Source: Erysipelotrichales bacterium (GTDB lineage Bacteria > Bacillota_I > Bacilli_A > RFN20 > CAG-826). Taken from it: a stretch of 64,000 nt of DNA. The notes under the pieces are model-generated. The model was given only the letters and a program-made list of their open reading frames with translations. It was not told the DNA's origin and ran no database searches. Position numbers and translations under genes: made by a program. Shown piece by piece: positions 39,722 through 49,399 of the stretch. Each line of letters begins with the position of its first letter. Position 1 is the stretch's first letter. The DNA is taken from contig JAFLVA010000001.1 of NCBI GenBank assembly GCA_022508525.1, positions 8,084-72,083 on the forward strand, given 5' to 3'.

Positions 39722-40654
39722 GTGAGGAGACATTTTAAAACTAGAAATAAATATTATGAGCATATTCCGCAGGAAAAATTTGAAGGCGTAGCCTTAAAAG
39801 TATCTTTAGTAAGTATTATTGGTAATTTTGTATTATCGCTTTTTAAAATGTTTGCAGGCATTTTTGCCCATTCTAGTGCAATGGTGAGTGATGCAATTCA
39901 TTCGATTTCTGATGTTTTTAGCAGCATTATTGTAATAATTGGTGTGAAAATTTCATCAAAAGCTTCTGATAAAGATCACCCGTATGGGCATGAGCGTTTT
40001 GAATGTGTGGCGGCAATTGTATTAGCAGTAATTTTATTAATTTCTGGTTTATTTATTGGATATAACGCTATTGATAAAATTATTTCTGGTGATTTTGAAA
40101 CACTTAAAATTCCGGGAATTGTAGCTTTAATTGCTGCAATTGTATCAATTGTTGCTAAAGAGATAATGTACTGGTATACAAGATTTCATGCAAAGCGTTT
40201 AGACTCTGGTGCCCTAATGGCAGATGCTTGGCATCATCGAAGTGATGCTTTGTCATCAGTTGGAGCATTAATTGGTATTGTATTTGCAAGAATGGGATAT
40301 CCAATCATAGATGTTATTGCAAGCTTTATAATTTGTTTGTTCATTATAAAAGCATCAGTTGATATTTTTAAAGATGCGATTAATAAAATGGTTGATCGTT
40401 CGTGCAATATAGAAACTGAAAAGAGCATTATACAATGTGCTGAAAAACAACCGGGTGTAATTAGGGTTGATTTAATTAATACACGCATGTTTGGAAATAG
40501 AATTTATGTAGATATTGAAATATGTGCCCAACGTGATATTAGCCTTGCTGAAGGACATGATATTGCTAGTTCAGTTCATGATGCAATTGAAACATCATTT
40601 CCAAAAGTGAAGCATGTTATGGTTCACGTTAATCCATCTGAAGAAAATAAATAG
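39722..40654 (+). CDS. Cation diffusion facilitator family transporter
   Basis: DAIHSISD, HPYGHERFE, AWHHRSD, VMVHVNP. Confidence 0.95.
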   Translation: MRRHFKTRNKYYEHIPQEKFEGVALKVSLVSIIGNFVLSLFKMFAGIFAHSSAMVSDAIHSISDVFSSIIVIIGVKISSKASDKDHPYGHERFECVAAIVLAVILLISGLFIGYNAIDKIISGDFETLKIPGIVALIAAIVSIVAKEIMYWYTRFHAKRLDSGALMADAWHHRSDALSSVGALIGIVFARMGYPIIDVIASFIICLFIIKASVDIFKDAINKMVDRSCNIETEKSIIQCAEKQPGVIRVDLINTRMFGNRIYVDIEICAQRDISLAEGHDIASSVHDAIETSFPKVKHVMVHVNPSEENK

Positions 40655-40846
40655 TAAAATTAGTTTAAATCATTCCAGAAGTTGATGAATTTAAAATTAT
40701 AGACTAAAGGCTCATACATTCGTGTGAGTCTTTTTTTAAATATTTATGACATCAATAGATATACAATATATTTTTACTAAAAACATGTGCGATTAATATA
40801 ACTATTTTTCTGGCAAAATATCGAGAAATAAGCGTATTTACATTTG

Positions 40847-40985
40847 TTGCTAAAAAAAGGTTGCTATGATAAAATATAACAAAATCTAACAAGGAAAAAG
40901 TTCGCGATGTAAATAGATTATACCCGGAGAAAGAAAAATTATTATCTAATCAAAAACCGGGTGCGATTAGATAATACGAGGCTTT
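40847..40985 (+). promoter_or_regulatory. sigmaA promoter plus about 105-nt structured 5' leader of unknown class
   Basis: TTGCTA-17-TAAAAT; TATTATCTAATC/GATTAGATAATA 12-bp stem whose loop CCGGGT pairs with upstream ACCCGG. Confidence 0.5.
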
Positions 40986-40988
40986 ATT

Positions 40989-41720
40989 ATGGAATTTGAT
41001 GTAAGAGATAACGGCAATGGAAGTTATACGGTTAGTAGCAAATATGATGCAGATGGAACAGGTGGAAAAGTATTTTTAATTATATGTAGCATTATTGCGT
41101 ATATTGCTACAATTATTGGGTTGCTTACGAGCACATTTGTAGTCAAAGATATTCCTTATGCATTAATTATCTTGATATTTTTAGATGTATTAGTAATCTC
41201 ACCAATTATAATTTATCCAATTGTTCGAAAAAATGGAAAAAGTTTTTCAAGTGTACTTTTATCCATTCTTAGATTTGTAGGACGATATGCTTATATTCCA
41301 TTTTCTATAATGTACATTGTATTATGGATTTTCTTTTTTAATAAGATTACTGGAACGGCCTTTATAACGCTATTCTTCTTTAGTATGTATGGTATATATT
41401 ATTTTCCATATTATATGTTAAGAACAGCACGTAAACATAATTCAAGAATGATGTCAATTTTAACACTTGTGGCAATTTATTCTAGTATAACAGCAATGGT
41501 AATAGTAGCAGCATATAATCAAATGGATGGATATTACGCTATGGTGCTTCCAACAACATTAGCTTTGTTTGCATTAATATCAGTTCCAATTAGTAACGTT
41601 TATTATAAAAAACACAATTCAAGAAAAGGTGCATTAAAACTACGTACCATCTTTATAATATTTGGCATTTCATTATTTGTACTTGCATTTGCTTTAGCTG
41701 TTAGAATCAGTTTATCTTAA
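40989..41720 (+). CDS. Hypothetical membrane protein (about 7 TM)
   Basis: GAGG RBS; hydrophobic helices after a short polar N-terminus. Confidence 0.8.
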   Translation: MEFDVRDNGNGSYTVSSKYDADGTGGKVFLIICSIIAYIATIIGLLTSTFVVKDIPYALIILIFLDVLVISPIIIYPIVRKNGKSFSSVLLSILRFVGRYAYIPFSIMYIVLWIFFFNKITGTAFITLFFFSMYGIYYFPYYMLRTARKHNSRMMSILTLVAIYSSITAMVIVAAYNQMDGYYAMVLPTTLALFALISVPISNVYYKKHNSRKGALKLRTIFIIFGISLFVLAFALAVRISLS

Positions 41721-41859
41721 ATTATCAATTTTTGTTAAATAATTAAATATTTAAAGTTTAAGATAATAAAAATTGAATAATAAGTAAGTATTAAAAATAA
41801 TCTTGTGAAAAATTATTGACTCTTTGAAATCCAGTAGGGTAAAAATAAAAGATTAAAAG

Positions 41860-41888
41860 ATCGGATGTGAGAAATCGCATCCGATTTT
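41860..41888. terminator. Terminator between convergent genes
   Basis: ATCGGATGTGA-GAAA-TCGCATCCGAT. Confidence 0.75.
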
Positions 41889-41949
41889 AATATGGACTAT
41901 ATTAATTAGGATTTAATAAGTGTTTTTTTCTTAACTAGTTCATTACTAA

Positions 41950-42246
41950 CTATTTTTCTTTTATTCTTTTATTAAATCTTTGAAGTCCTTGGTCAACAAG
42001 TTGCTTTTGATAAGGTGCAAGATAGAAAAACATTCCTAAAAGTTCTCCAACATGAATTAACTCTCCATCTCTGATAAATTCCCATGTCTCTTTTGAAGCA
42101 TCAATTGTAGTGCTATGAATATGATCATCATATTGAATGATTGCTTCTAGTTCTCCAATCAAATCTTTTCGTGCTTTTTGTAATGTTTCAAAATCCATTT
42201 CCTCATTTGTGATATATTGTTGACTATTTGAAGTGAAATTAAACAT
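41950..42246 (-). CDS. Small ferritin-like protein (EncFtn/Flp-like half four-helix bundle)
   Basis: ELEAIIQY and ELIHVGEL (ExxH) di-iron motifs; 98 aa. Confidence 0.75.
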   Translation of the reverse strand: MFNFTSNSQQYITNEEMDFETLQKARKDLIGELEAIIQYDDHIHSTTIDASKETWEFIRDGELIHVGELLGMFFYLAPYQKQLVDQGLQRFNKRIKEK

Positions 42247-42269
42247 AATAAACCCTCTAAATCATATTC

Positions 42270-42295
42270 ATAATATGCAAAAACTTAAATAATGT
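42270..42295 (-). promoter_or_regulatory. Putative sigmaK-type sporulation promoter
   Basis: Minus strand AC-16 nt-CATATTAT, downstream of the M60 terminator. Confidence 0.4.
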
Positions 42296-42306
42296 TATAG
42301 GAAAGC

Positions 42307-42336
42307 AAAAAAAAGCACACAACATTAGTTGTGTGC
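42307..42336 (-). terminator. Terminator after the M60 peptidase gene
   Basis: GCACACAAC-taat-GTTGTGTGC-TTTTTTTT on the minus strand. Confidence 0.85.
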
Positions 42337-42349
42337 ATAACAACAATAA

Positions 42350-45300
42350 CTATTTGCGATATGTGAAGCTATCAACTACCAAAATTCCACTTATAACAGT
42401 AATCTTTATAGTGTGTTCACCATTTTCTAATAATTTAGAAATATACGCTAATTTTTTTGATGAAGAACAATCTAAATCTAATTCAATTGCCTCACTACCA
42501 TCAATTTCAATTTTTATACGACAATCGTTATTTTGGATGGTAAATAAACCAAATTGAGTTCCAGTGAAAGAGTACATTAAATAGCCGTCTCCTTCAATTA
42601 CATGTCCATATGTGGAAAGCATGTCATAATTTAATTTGAAATTATAGTAAGTAGCAACATCTGGTGATTGTTCAATTCCTTTAAAATCTAGTCCCATATT
42701 TATTTCGCTTAAAGCAACATAGCGATGTGTATCAGTATCAGTTACTACAAGACGATAATAACGAATTTTTGTTAAATCAAATCGAACCGTCATATTACGA
42801 TTTTCAAATGGATGATTAACATAATCACCTAGTAATTCCATATTATCAAGACTTGTGCCACCATATAATTTGAAAGTAATTGGCATATGTTTTTCTGCTC
42901 GGTCGTAACCTGTTATATATAATGTATTACAATCATAGTTATCACCTAAGTCTATTGTTAGAGTAAATGGCTCTGATGAAATTAACTTTCCATCTACTGA
43001 GTGATAAGACGTACCATCATTGCCATCAATAATGTTCTCTATTTTGTAGTTATCACCCCAAGGAGCATAATTACAATCTATAATTGATTGTTTGGCTTTG
43101 TCTGCGAGAATAGAAGAAATTTCATATGTGCGCTCATACTTTTCATCATAAGTAAAGCCGTATTTTTCATAATTGTAGTTTTTATTCATTAAGTATTTAG
43201 AAGGTATTGTTACGACATTTGGTGTCTTTCCTTCCTCGACTTTGCTCCAACCGAGTTCCATATAGGCATCTTGGCTACTAGAAGAAGTAATGTATTCTTT
43301 AAAGTACAAATAATCTCCCTCGTTTAAATCATAATGGATAACATGTTGGTTTTCATCACTTCTAAATGTATTATTTCCTAAAGTAGTATCAATTGTTTCA
43401 GTTAAATCTTTAGTATTAATACCAGTATATAAAACGTGATTTCCTCTATCAGATCTAAAGCAAATTACATAGTGGCCATCAGATGGAATATAAATCTTTC
43501 CTTCAATTACCCCAATCATTGTTGGAGCTATTCCATTCATAAATGTTGAATAATACTTATTTAATTCTACTTTTGATTCATAACCTTCAAAATTATTAGC
43601 TATAGCATCATCAATAGTTGCGTATTTTTTGCTGCTATAAATGTATTTAACAGCATCAAGTCCTGCATATTCTTGCTTGAATTCTAGAGATAAAGTTATA
43701 TCAGGCGTGTTAATAGTAGCGTGAGTTAGAGATACTCTAACTTTAATTTTTCCAGATGATTGATGTTCCACATCTGGAATATATTTGTAGACATTTGTGG
43801 ATATTTTTTCTAAAGTGCCAAATTCTGGTTTGGATATTTCTTCAATTGTATAATTGAATCCAGTAGGAACGTGTAGGTGATTTTCTAAATCAACTATAAA
43901 TTCTTTACCATAATCAATTTGGAAAGGTTTAACAGTTTCAACAAATACTTCTTGATTGTTTTCTAGATAATTTCGACCTGTTTGATATAAAGATGCAATA
44001 GGAACAAAAATTGGAAGATTTCTAGATTGATATTCCATCTTAATATCTGTTGATACAGTTTGATGTAGCATTTCTTCAAAATAATAAGTCATATCATATC
44101 CTGTGGCATCTGAAAGAGCGCGATACCAAGTATCTACACCGCCTTGACGATTTCCAAGTTGTGTAGCTTTAATGAATGTGTCTACTCCAAATGTGTGAAT
44201 AATATCAGCGTATGCGCTTAGACTTGAGATTGGAGTTCCATCTTGACTCTTTTTGATTGTTTCACGAAGACTTCTAGATGGATCTGTATAAGCATTCCAA
44301 TCTGTTAAAGTACTATCGCTTTCACTACGTTTAGAAGAGATATTTGTATAATTGATATATGATAATAGGCTGATTGCGTTATTTGTCACTTCATCACCTG
44401 GAGCAAAACCATATCTTTGGAAGTGGTGGTTATATTCATGAATCGTTCCCCACATACCATTTGAAGTAAACGTTTCGTAATCAAGCGAGGAAGAAATCCA
44501 ATCAGGTGGAAGATTGCACCAGTTTCTTCCGACAAAAGCAACTGCAGCACCGGCGGCAATAAATGGATCATAAAGGAAAGTAATGCCGATATTGCTATTT
44601 GATCCAGTAGGAGCTTGCTTGGATGTTTTGACAATATTCATCCATAATTTTGCTACATGCATTAAATTTTCATAATCAAAATTTACATATTTTTTTGATC
44701 CAGAATGACGAACAGCATTGTCCCAAATTTCAAAATCAAAGTATGGTGCGCTTAATCCTTTCATTGCTTCAAATTCTTCTTCAGTTGTATATCCATAAAT
44801 GAAATGAGGATATTCAACTGCACCAGATATTGTTACTTTGAATGGCTTGTTATTGTTGGTTTTAGGCGAAATATAAATTGGTCCACCTAGAGCGTAACCA
44901 ACATAAGTAGTTGTAGATTTTACACTCATCTCATTTACAATATAAGGCATTCTGCAGAAGTCATTACGTGCTTTCCAGATATTGTTTTTCTCATTGTTTT
45001 GACTTGTTTGACCAATTAAGACAGATAAGCCACCAGTAGTTTTTAAATCATCTTCGCTAATCTCAATTTTAATAACTTCGCCAGCAGGAGCGTATAGACC
45101 TGTAATATAGTTTCCTAAAGGGCGAGGATTTATTTCAATTTCTTTAATTACTGCAGGTTCATCATCAGAGACGGAGCCGTAATACATATTTTCACTTGCA
45201 GTATGTTTATATAACTTTTCACCAGTTGCTATTGAATTTAGATAATAATTTCCATCCTTATCCATGCTATCATAAGTTGTTGATGATGCTCGAATAAGTT

Positions 45301-45865
45301 GATCTTCATTTAAAATAGCATCTTTTTCACTATCAGTGATGTTAGGTAAACTTGTGCCATAAGTTGGGTAGCGTGTTAGACCTCCGTTTGAAACTTCTGG
45401 AATTGTTCGTTTCACATTACCAATGACTTTCATTGTTTGGCCAACATGAGTATTAGTTGGATTTTGAATTTGTAATTCTTCATAAAGTATCTCTGGCGGT
45501 AAATCTGGATTCGGAGTGCTAGATGATCCGATTTCTGAATTTGAAGTACCTGATGATCCAACATCTGGATTTATAGATGAAGAACTAGAATTTTCACTAG
45601 TTGAATCAGGACCAATAGAATTACTGTTTGAAGGCAAAGTACTATTGGATGCGCTATTAGGTATACTGGTGTTAGTTGATGAATCGCTAGTGCTATTATT
45701 ATTTGAAGTACTTCCTGTTGTAGGTGAAGGCGGAGTAGGATTTGATGTTGATAAATCACCAGGTCCAGTTGATACTGAAGTGCTTGTGCGTGAGCGACTA
45801 CATCCGCTTATTATCAAAGAAGTACAAATAGTAGTTAATACTAATAAAGTTTTTCTTTTGAGCAT
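42350..45865 (-). CDS. M60-family metallopeptidase lipoprotein with F5/8-C (CBM32-like) domain
   Basis: ISGC lipobox, S/T/P/N linker, TGLYAPAGE, WGTIHEYNH...EVTNN, NIIDGNDGTSYHS...LTIDLG. Confidence 0.9.
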   Translation of the reverse strand: MLKRKTLLVLTTICTSLIISGCSRSRTSTSVSTGPGDLSTSNPTPPSPTTGSTSNNNSTSDSSTNTSIPNSASNSTLPSNSNSIGPDSTSENSSSSSINPDVGSSGTSNSEIGSSSTPNPDLPPEILYEELQIQNPTNTHVGQTMKVIGNVKRTIPEVSNGGLTRYPTYGTSLPNITDSEKDAILNEDQLIRASSTTYDSMDKDGNYYLNSIATGEKLYKHTASENMYYGSVSDDEPAVIKEIEINPRPLGNYITGLYAPAGEVIKIEISEDDLKTTGGLSVLIGQTSQNNEKNNIWKARNDFCRMPYIVNEMSVKSTTTYVGYALGGPIYISPKTNNNKPFKVTISGAVEYPHFIYGYTTEEEFEAMKGLSAPYFDFEIWDNAVRHSGSKKYVNFDYENLMHVAKLWMNIVKTSKQAPTGSNSNIGITFLYDPFIAAGAAVAFVGRNWCNLPPDWISSSLDYETFTSNGMWGTIHEYNHHFQRYGFAPGDEVTNNAISLLSYINYTNISSKRSESDSTLTDWNAYTDPSRSLRETIKKSQDGTPISSLSAYADIIHTFGVDTFIKATQLGNRQGGVDTWYRALSDATGYDMTYYFEEMLHQTVSTDIKMEYQSRNLPIFVPIASLYQTGRNYLENNQEVFVETVKPFQIDYGKEFIVDLENHLHVPTGFNYTIEEISKPEFGTLEKISTNVYKYIPDVEHQSSGKIKVRVSLTHATINTPDITLSLEFKQEYAGLDAVKYIYSSKKYATIDDAIANNFEGYESKVELNKYYSTFMNGIAPTMIGVIEGKIYIPSDGHYVICFRSDRGNHVLYTGINTKDLTETIDTTLGNNTFRSDENQHVIHYDLNEGDYLYFKEYITSSSSQDAYMELGWSKVEEGKTPNVVTIPSKYLMNKNYNYEKYGFTYDEKYERTYEISSILADKAKQSIIDCNYAPWGDNYKIENIIDGNDGTSYHSVDGKLISSEPFTLTIDLGDNYDCNTLYITGYDRAEKHMPITFKLYGGTSLDNMELLGDYVNHPFENRNMTVRFDLTKIRYYRLVVTDTDTHRYVALSEINMGLDFKGIEQSPDVATYYNFKLNYDMLSTYGHVIEGDGYLMYSFTGTQFGLFTIQNNDCRIKIEIDGSEAIELDLDCSSSKKLAYISKLLENGEHTIKITVISGILVVDSFTYRK

Positions 45866-46079
45866 AGAAAATACTCCTTTCTTTTTTTACAACTATAATT
45901 ATTCATAAAAAAAATTTTGTGTAAAGAAAAAAATAAATTATTTTTTTAAGTTTTTAAATTCATATTTTAAAAAAAGTAAAAGTATATTTTTTGTTTGTGT
46001 TTTATATATAAAAAGTTTAATTACTGAAACTTGAAAACTGATAAATAGACTTTTATAATTTCAATAAAGAGGTGTTAAT

Positions 46080-46802
46080 ATGGAACTGGTTTTTGAATGC
46101 AATTTTCGTTTAACTACGGGATCGTTTGATCACTATGATAAGATACGACCATATACTGTTTTAGATTTGTTTCAAGAAATTGCTGGAACGCATGCGGAAA
46201 TGCTTAATATTGGATTTAAAGCATTATATGATCAAGATATTATCTGGGTTTTGGCTCGTAATAAATATATAGTAGAACAATCAATTTCAGTTTCCTCAAA
46301 TATAAAAGTGAAAACTTGGCCTCATCCAAACGGTAGGTTTGATTTCATTAGAGATTATGAAATCTATGACGAAAAAGGTAATCTTTGCATCCGTGGAACA
46401 TCTAAATGGTGTTTAGTTAACATAAAAACTATGCGAATTGTGCCAACTACTTATGCAAAAATTGAAGGAGATTTTTATCCTCACCATGCAATTCCTGGTC
46501 CAGTAGAAAAAATATCATATGAAAAAGATGAAAGTTTTTCTATCGTGGATACTCATATCGTTCAGGCCTCGGATTTAGATCATAATGGACATATGAATAA
46601 TGCAAGGTATGCAGAGCTTCTTATTAACGTCTTAAATTTAAAAAAAGAAGAAGAGATTATTTCTGTTGAAATGGATTATTTACAACAGTTGTTTTTACAT
46701 GACAAAGTTGATCTTTGTTTGAAAAAAGAAGAAAAAGAAGCGATTTTAATTGGAGAAAAAGATAATAAAGCATGTTTTGTAAGTCGCTGTAAATGGAAAT
46801 AA
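46080..46802 (+). CDS. Acyl-ACP thioesterase
   Basis: FQEIAGTHA, WVLAR, SDLDHNGHMNNARY. Confidence 0.92.
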   Translation: MELVFECNFRLTTGSFDHYDKIRPYTVLDLFQEIAGTHAEMLNIGFKALYDQDIIWVLARNKYIVEQSISVSSNIKVKTWPHPNGRFDFIRDYEIYDEKGNLCIRGTSKWCLVNIKTMRIVPTTYAKIEGDFYPHHAIPGPVEKISYEKDESFSIVDTHIVQASDLDHNGHMNNARYAELLINVLNLKKEEEIISVEMDYLQQLFLHDKVDLCLKKEEKEAILIGEKDNKACFVSRCKWK

Positions 46803-46805
46803 TAT

Positions 46806-48665
46806 ATGGTTGTACTATCGGTAAGTAACATTAGAAAACAATTTGGCGTTGAAGAACTTTTCTCTAACGTTACTTTTAGTGTGAATGAAACAGACCGAAT
46901 GGCAATTGTCGGTGCAAACGGCACAGGAAAATCTACACTATTAAAAATGATTATACAAAAAGAGGATATTTCACCGAATTTATCTGACGGAACAAAGGGT
47001 GGGATTTACTTTGGGAAAAACGCAACGTATGGTTATTTGTCCCAAGATGTAATTGAATCTTTAGATAATACTCTTCGTGAAGAAGCACTTTTAGCATTTC
47101 AAGATTTAATTGCAATGGAAAAAAAACTTGCAATCCTTGCTGAAGAGTATGCACTGAATCCAGAAGATGAAAGAAAAGGCGAACAATATGGACGTCTATT
47201 AAGTGAATTTGAACATCGTGGTGGATATGATTATAACTATCGCGTAACAATGATGCTATCAAAATTTGGTTTCTCTGATGATGTTATTAATCGCCCAATT
47301 CGAACTTTTTCTGGCGGCGAAAGAATGAAAATGGCTTTTGTAAAATTATTGCTACTTGAGCCAAATATTTTAATATTAGATGAACCTACAAATCATTTAG
47401 ATGTATCAACAATTGACTGGTTAGAAAATTATTTAAAAACTTATCATGGAGCAATTCTTTTTGTTTCGCATGACCGTTACTTTATAAATAATATTGCAAA
47501 TAAAGTTCTAGAATTAGAGAATCAAATTATTACCCTTTATCAAGGTAATTTTGACGAATATGTACGTCAAAAGAAGGAACGCTATGAAATAATGCTTAGG
47601 GAGTATAATTTGCAACAAAAAGAAATTGAAAAATTAAAACGTTTTATTGCTTTTTATAAGCCAAAACCAAGATTTGTCTCACGTGCAAAAGATCGTGAGA
47701 AAAAGTTAGAACACATGAAAAAAATTGATCGTCCTAAAGATGAAACAAAGGCAATCAAATTTCACTTTGATGGCCAAGTAAGAAGTGATAAGAAAATTAT
47801 TTATTTTGATCAATGTGTGGTTGGATTTAATGAAGCATTTGTCACTCCTTTTTCATTTTATTTGTTCGGCAATGATAAACTAGCAATTATGGGTGATAAC
47901 GGAACTGGTAAGACGACTTTACTTCGTTCTATATTACAAGAAATATCTTTGTTCTCAGGTAGTGTTCAACGCTTAATGCCTTTAAATATTGGATATATCA
48001 AGCAAAATGATTTTGATTTTGCTAGTGATGAATCACTCTTAGATTATTTTACAAACGAATTTCCTAATATGGGTGAAACAGCTGTACGTACTCATCTTGG
48101 TAAATTTGCATTTACAAGTGATGATGTTTTTAAATCCATTAATGTATTATCGGGTGGAGAAAAAATGCGCGCCATTTTGGCACAAATTGTTTTAAAAAAT
48201 TATGATGTGCTTTTGCTTGATGAGCCTACAAACCACTTGGATCTATTGACTAGAGAGGCGTTAATATCTGCAATGCAATCTTTTGAAGGTTGTTTAATTT
48301 TCGTTTCGCATGATCGTTATTTTATTGATTCTATTGCTAATAAAATACTTTATTTTTCTAATAGAAAATCATATTATCACGAAGGTAACTATGAAACTTT
48401 TAAAGAAGTAATAAACGAATTAGATGTTCCAAAAGAAGAAGTTAAAGCTGCTAATAAAATTAAAGAAAAATCGCCTTCAAAAGTTAATCAAAAAGATAAA
48501 TTAGAAAAAAAATTAAAGCAAATAGAAGAAAAAATAGAATTTTTGAAGCAAGAAGAATGGAAAGAAGAAAACTATAATGACTATAAAAAGATGAAGGAAT
48601 TAGAAAATCAAATTAAAGAATTAGAAATAGAATACGAAGATTTATTACTGCAATGCTATGACTAA
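46806..48665 (+). CDS. ABC-F family ATP-binding protein
   Basis: Two ABC domains (GANGTGKST, GDNGTGKTT; SGGE; LDEPTNHLD), no TM. Confidence 0.95.
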   Translation: MVVLSVSNIRKQFGVEELFSNVTFSVNETDRMAIVGANGTGKSTLLKMIIQKEDISPNLSDGTKGGIYFGKNATYGYLSQDVIESLDNTLREEALLAFQDLIAMEKKLAILAEEYALNPEDERKGEQYGRLLSEFEHRGGYDYNYRVTMMLSKFGFSDDVINRPIRTFSGGERMKMAFVKLLLLEPNILILDEPTNHLDVSTIDWLENYLKTYHGAILFVSHDRYFINNIANKVLELENQIITLYQGNFDEYVRQKKERYEIMLREYNLQQKEIEKLKRFIAFYKPKPRFVSRAKDREKKLEHMKKIDRPKDETKAIKFHFDGQVRSDKKIIYFDQCVVGFNEAFVTPFSFYLFGNDKLAIMGDNGTGKTTLLRSILQEISLFSGSVQRLMPLNIGYIKQNDFDFASDESLLDYFTNEFPNMGETAVRTHLGKFAFTSDDVFKSINVLSGGEKMRAILAQIVLKNYDVLLLDEPTNHLDLLTREALISAMQSFEGCLIFVSHDRYFIDSIANKILYFSNRKSYYHEGNYETFKEVINELDVPKEEVKAANKIKEKSPSKVNQKDKLEKKLKQIEEKIEFLKQEEWKEENYNDYKKMKELENQIKELEIEYEDLLLQCYD

Positions 48666-48674
48666 AATTTATTT

Positions 48675-49397
48675 ATGATAGGAGACATGTTTATGGAATT
48701 TAAAGATAAAGTCGTAATAGTGACAGGTGGTGCACAGGGAATTGGAAAAGCCATAAAAGAAGCTTTTGAAAATGAAGGTGCAAGAGTGTATGTAATTGAC
48801 ATTCAAAATGGCAATCACTTTGTTGGTGATGTATCTAAAAAGGAAGATTTGGAAAAATTTGTAAACTATCTTTTAGAAAATGAAAACCATGTTGATTATA
48901 TAATAAATAATGCTGTACCACTTTTTAAAGGAATTAATGATTGTTCGTATGATGAATTTGTATACGCATTAAATGTTGGAGCAACATCTGTATTTTATTT
49001 AACGAAATTACTTCGTTCAAACTTGGCTGAAAACTCTGTAATAATTAATATTACATCGACAAGAGATAATCAATCTATGTCACAAAGCGAATCTTATGCA
49101 GCTGCAAAAGGCGCAATGAAGTCATTAACGCATGCTTTGGCTGTATCATTAGGACCTAAAACTCGAGTAAACGCAATTGCACCGGGGTGGATAGAAACAA
49201 AGAATAAAGCTTATTCTGGATCTGATGCAAATCAACAACCAGTAGGAAGAGTTGGTGTTCCAAAAGATATTTCTGAACTTGTATTATTTCTTTGTTCTAA
49301 TAAAGCATCCTTTATTACTGGTCAAGAATTTGTAGTTGATGGCGGAATGTCAAAACTTATGATTTACCATGATGAACATGGCTGGAAGAAAGAATGA
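48675..49397 (+). CDS. SDR family oxidoreductase
   Basis: TGGAQGIG, YAAAK, VNAIAPGWI. Confidence 0.93.
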   Translation: MIGDMFMEFKDKVVIVTGGAQGIGKAIKEAFENEGARVYVIDIQNGNHFVGDVSKKEDLEKFVNYLLENENHVDYIINNAVPLFKGINDCSYDEFVYALNVGATSVFYLTKLLRSNLAENSVIINITSTRDNQSMSQSESYAAAKGAMKSLTHALAVSLGPKTRVNAIAPGWIETKNKAYSGSDANQQPVGRVGVPKDISELVLFLCSNKASFITGQEFVVDGGMSKLMIYHDEHGWKKE

Positions 49398-49399
49398 AT

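Noticed and set aside
41816-41846. MerR-like promoter TTGACTCT...AGTAGGGT
   Set aside because: Dyad symmetry and -10 are poor and only a terminator follows; insufficient support.
45490-45790. Low-complexity stretch as a DNA repeat or array
   Set aside because: It encodes the Ser/Thr/Pro linker of the M60 lipoprotein and has no regular nucleotide unit.
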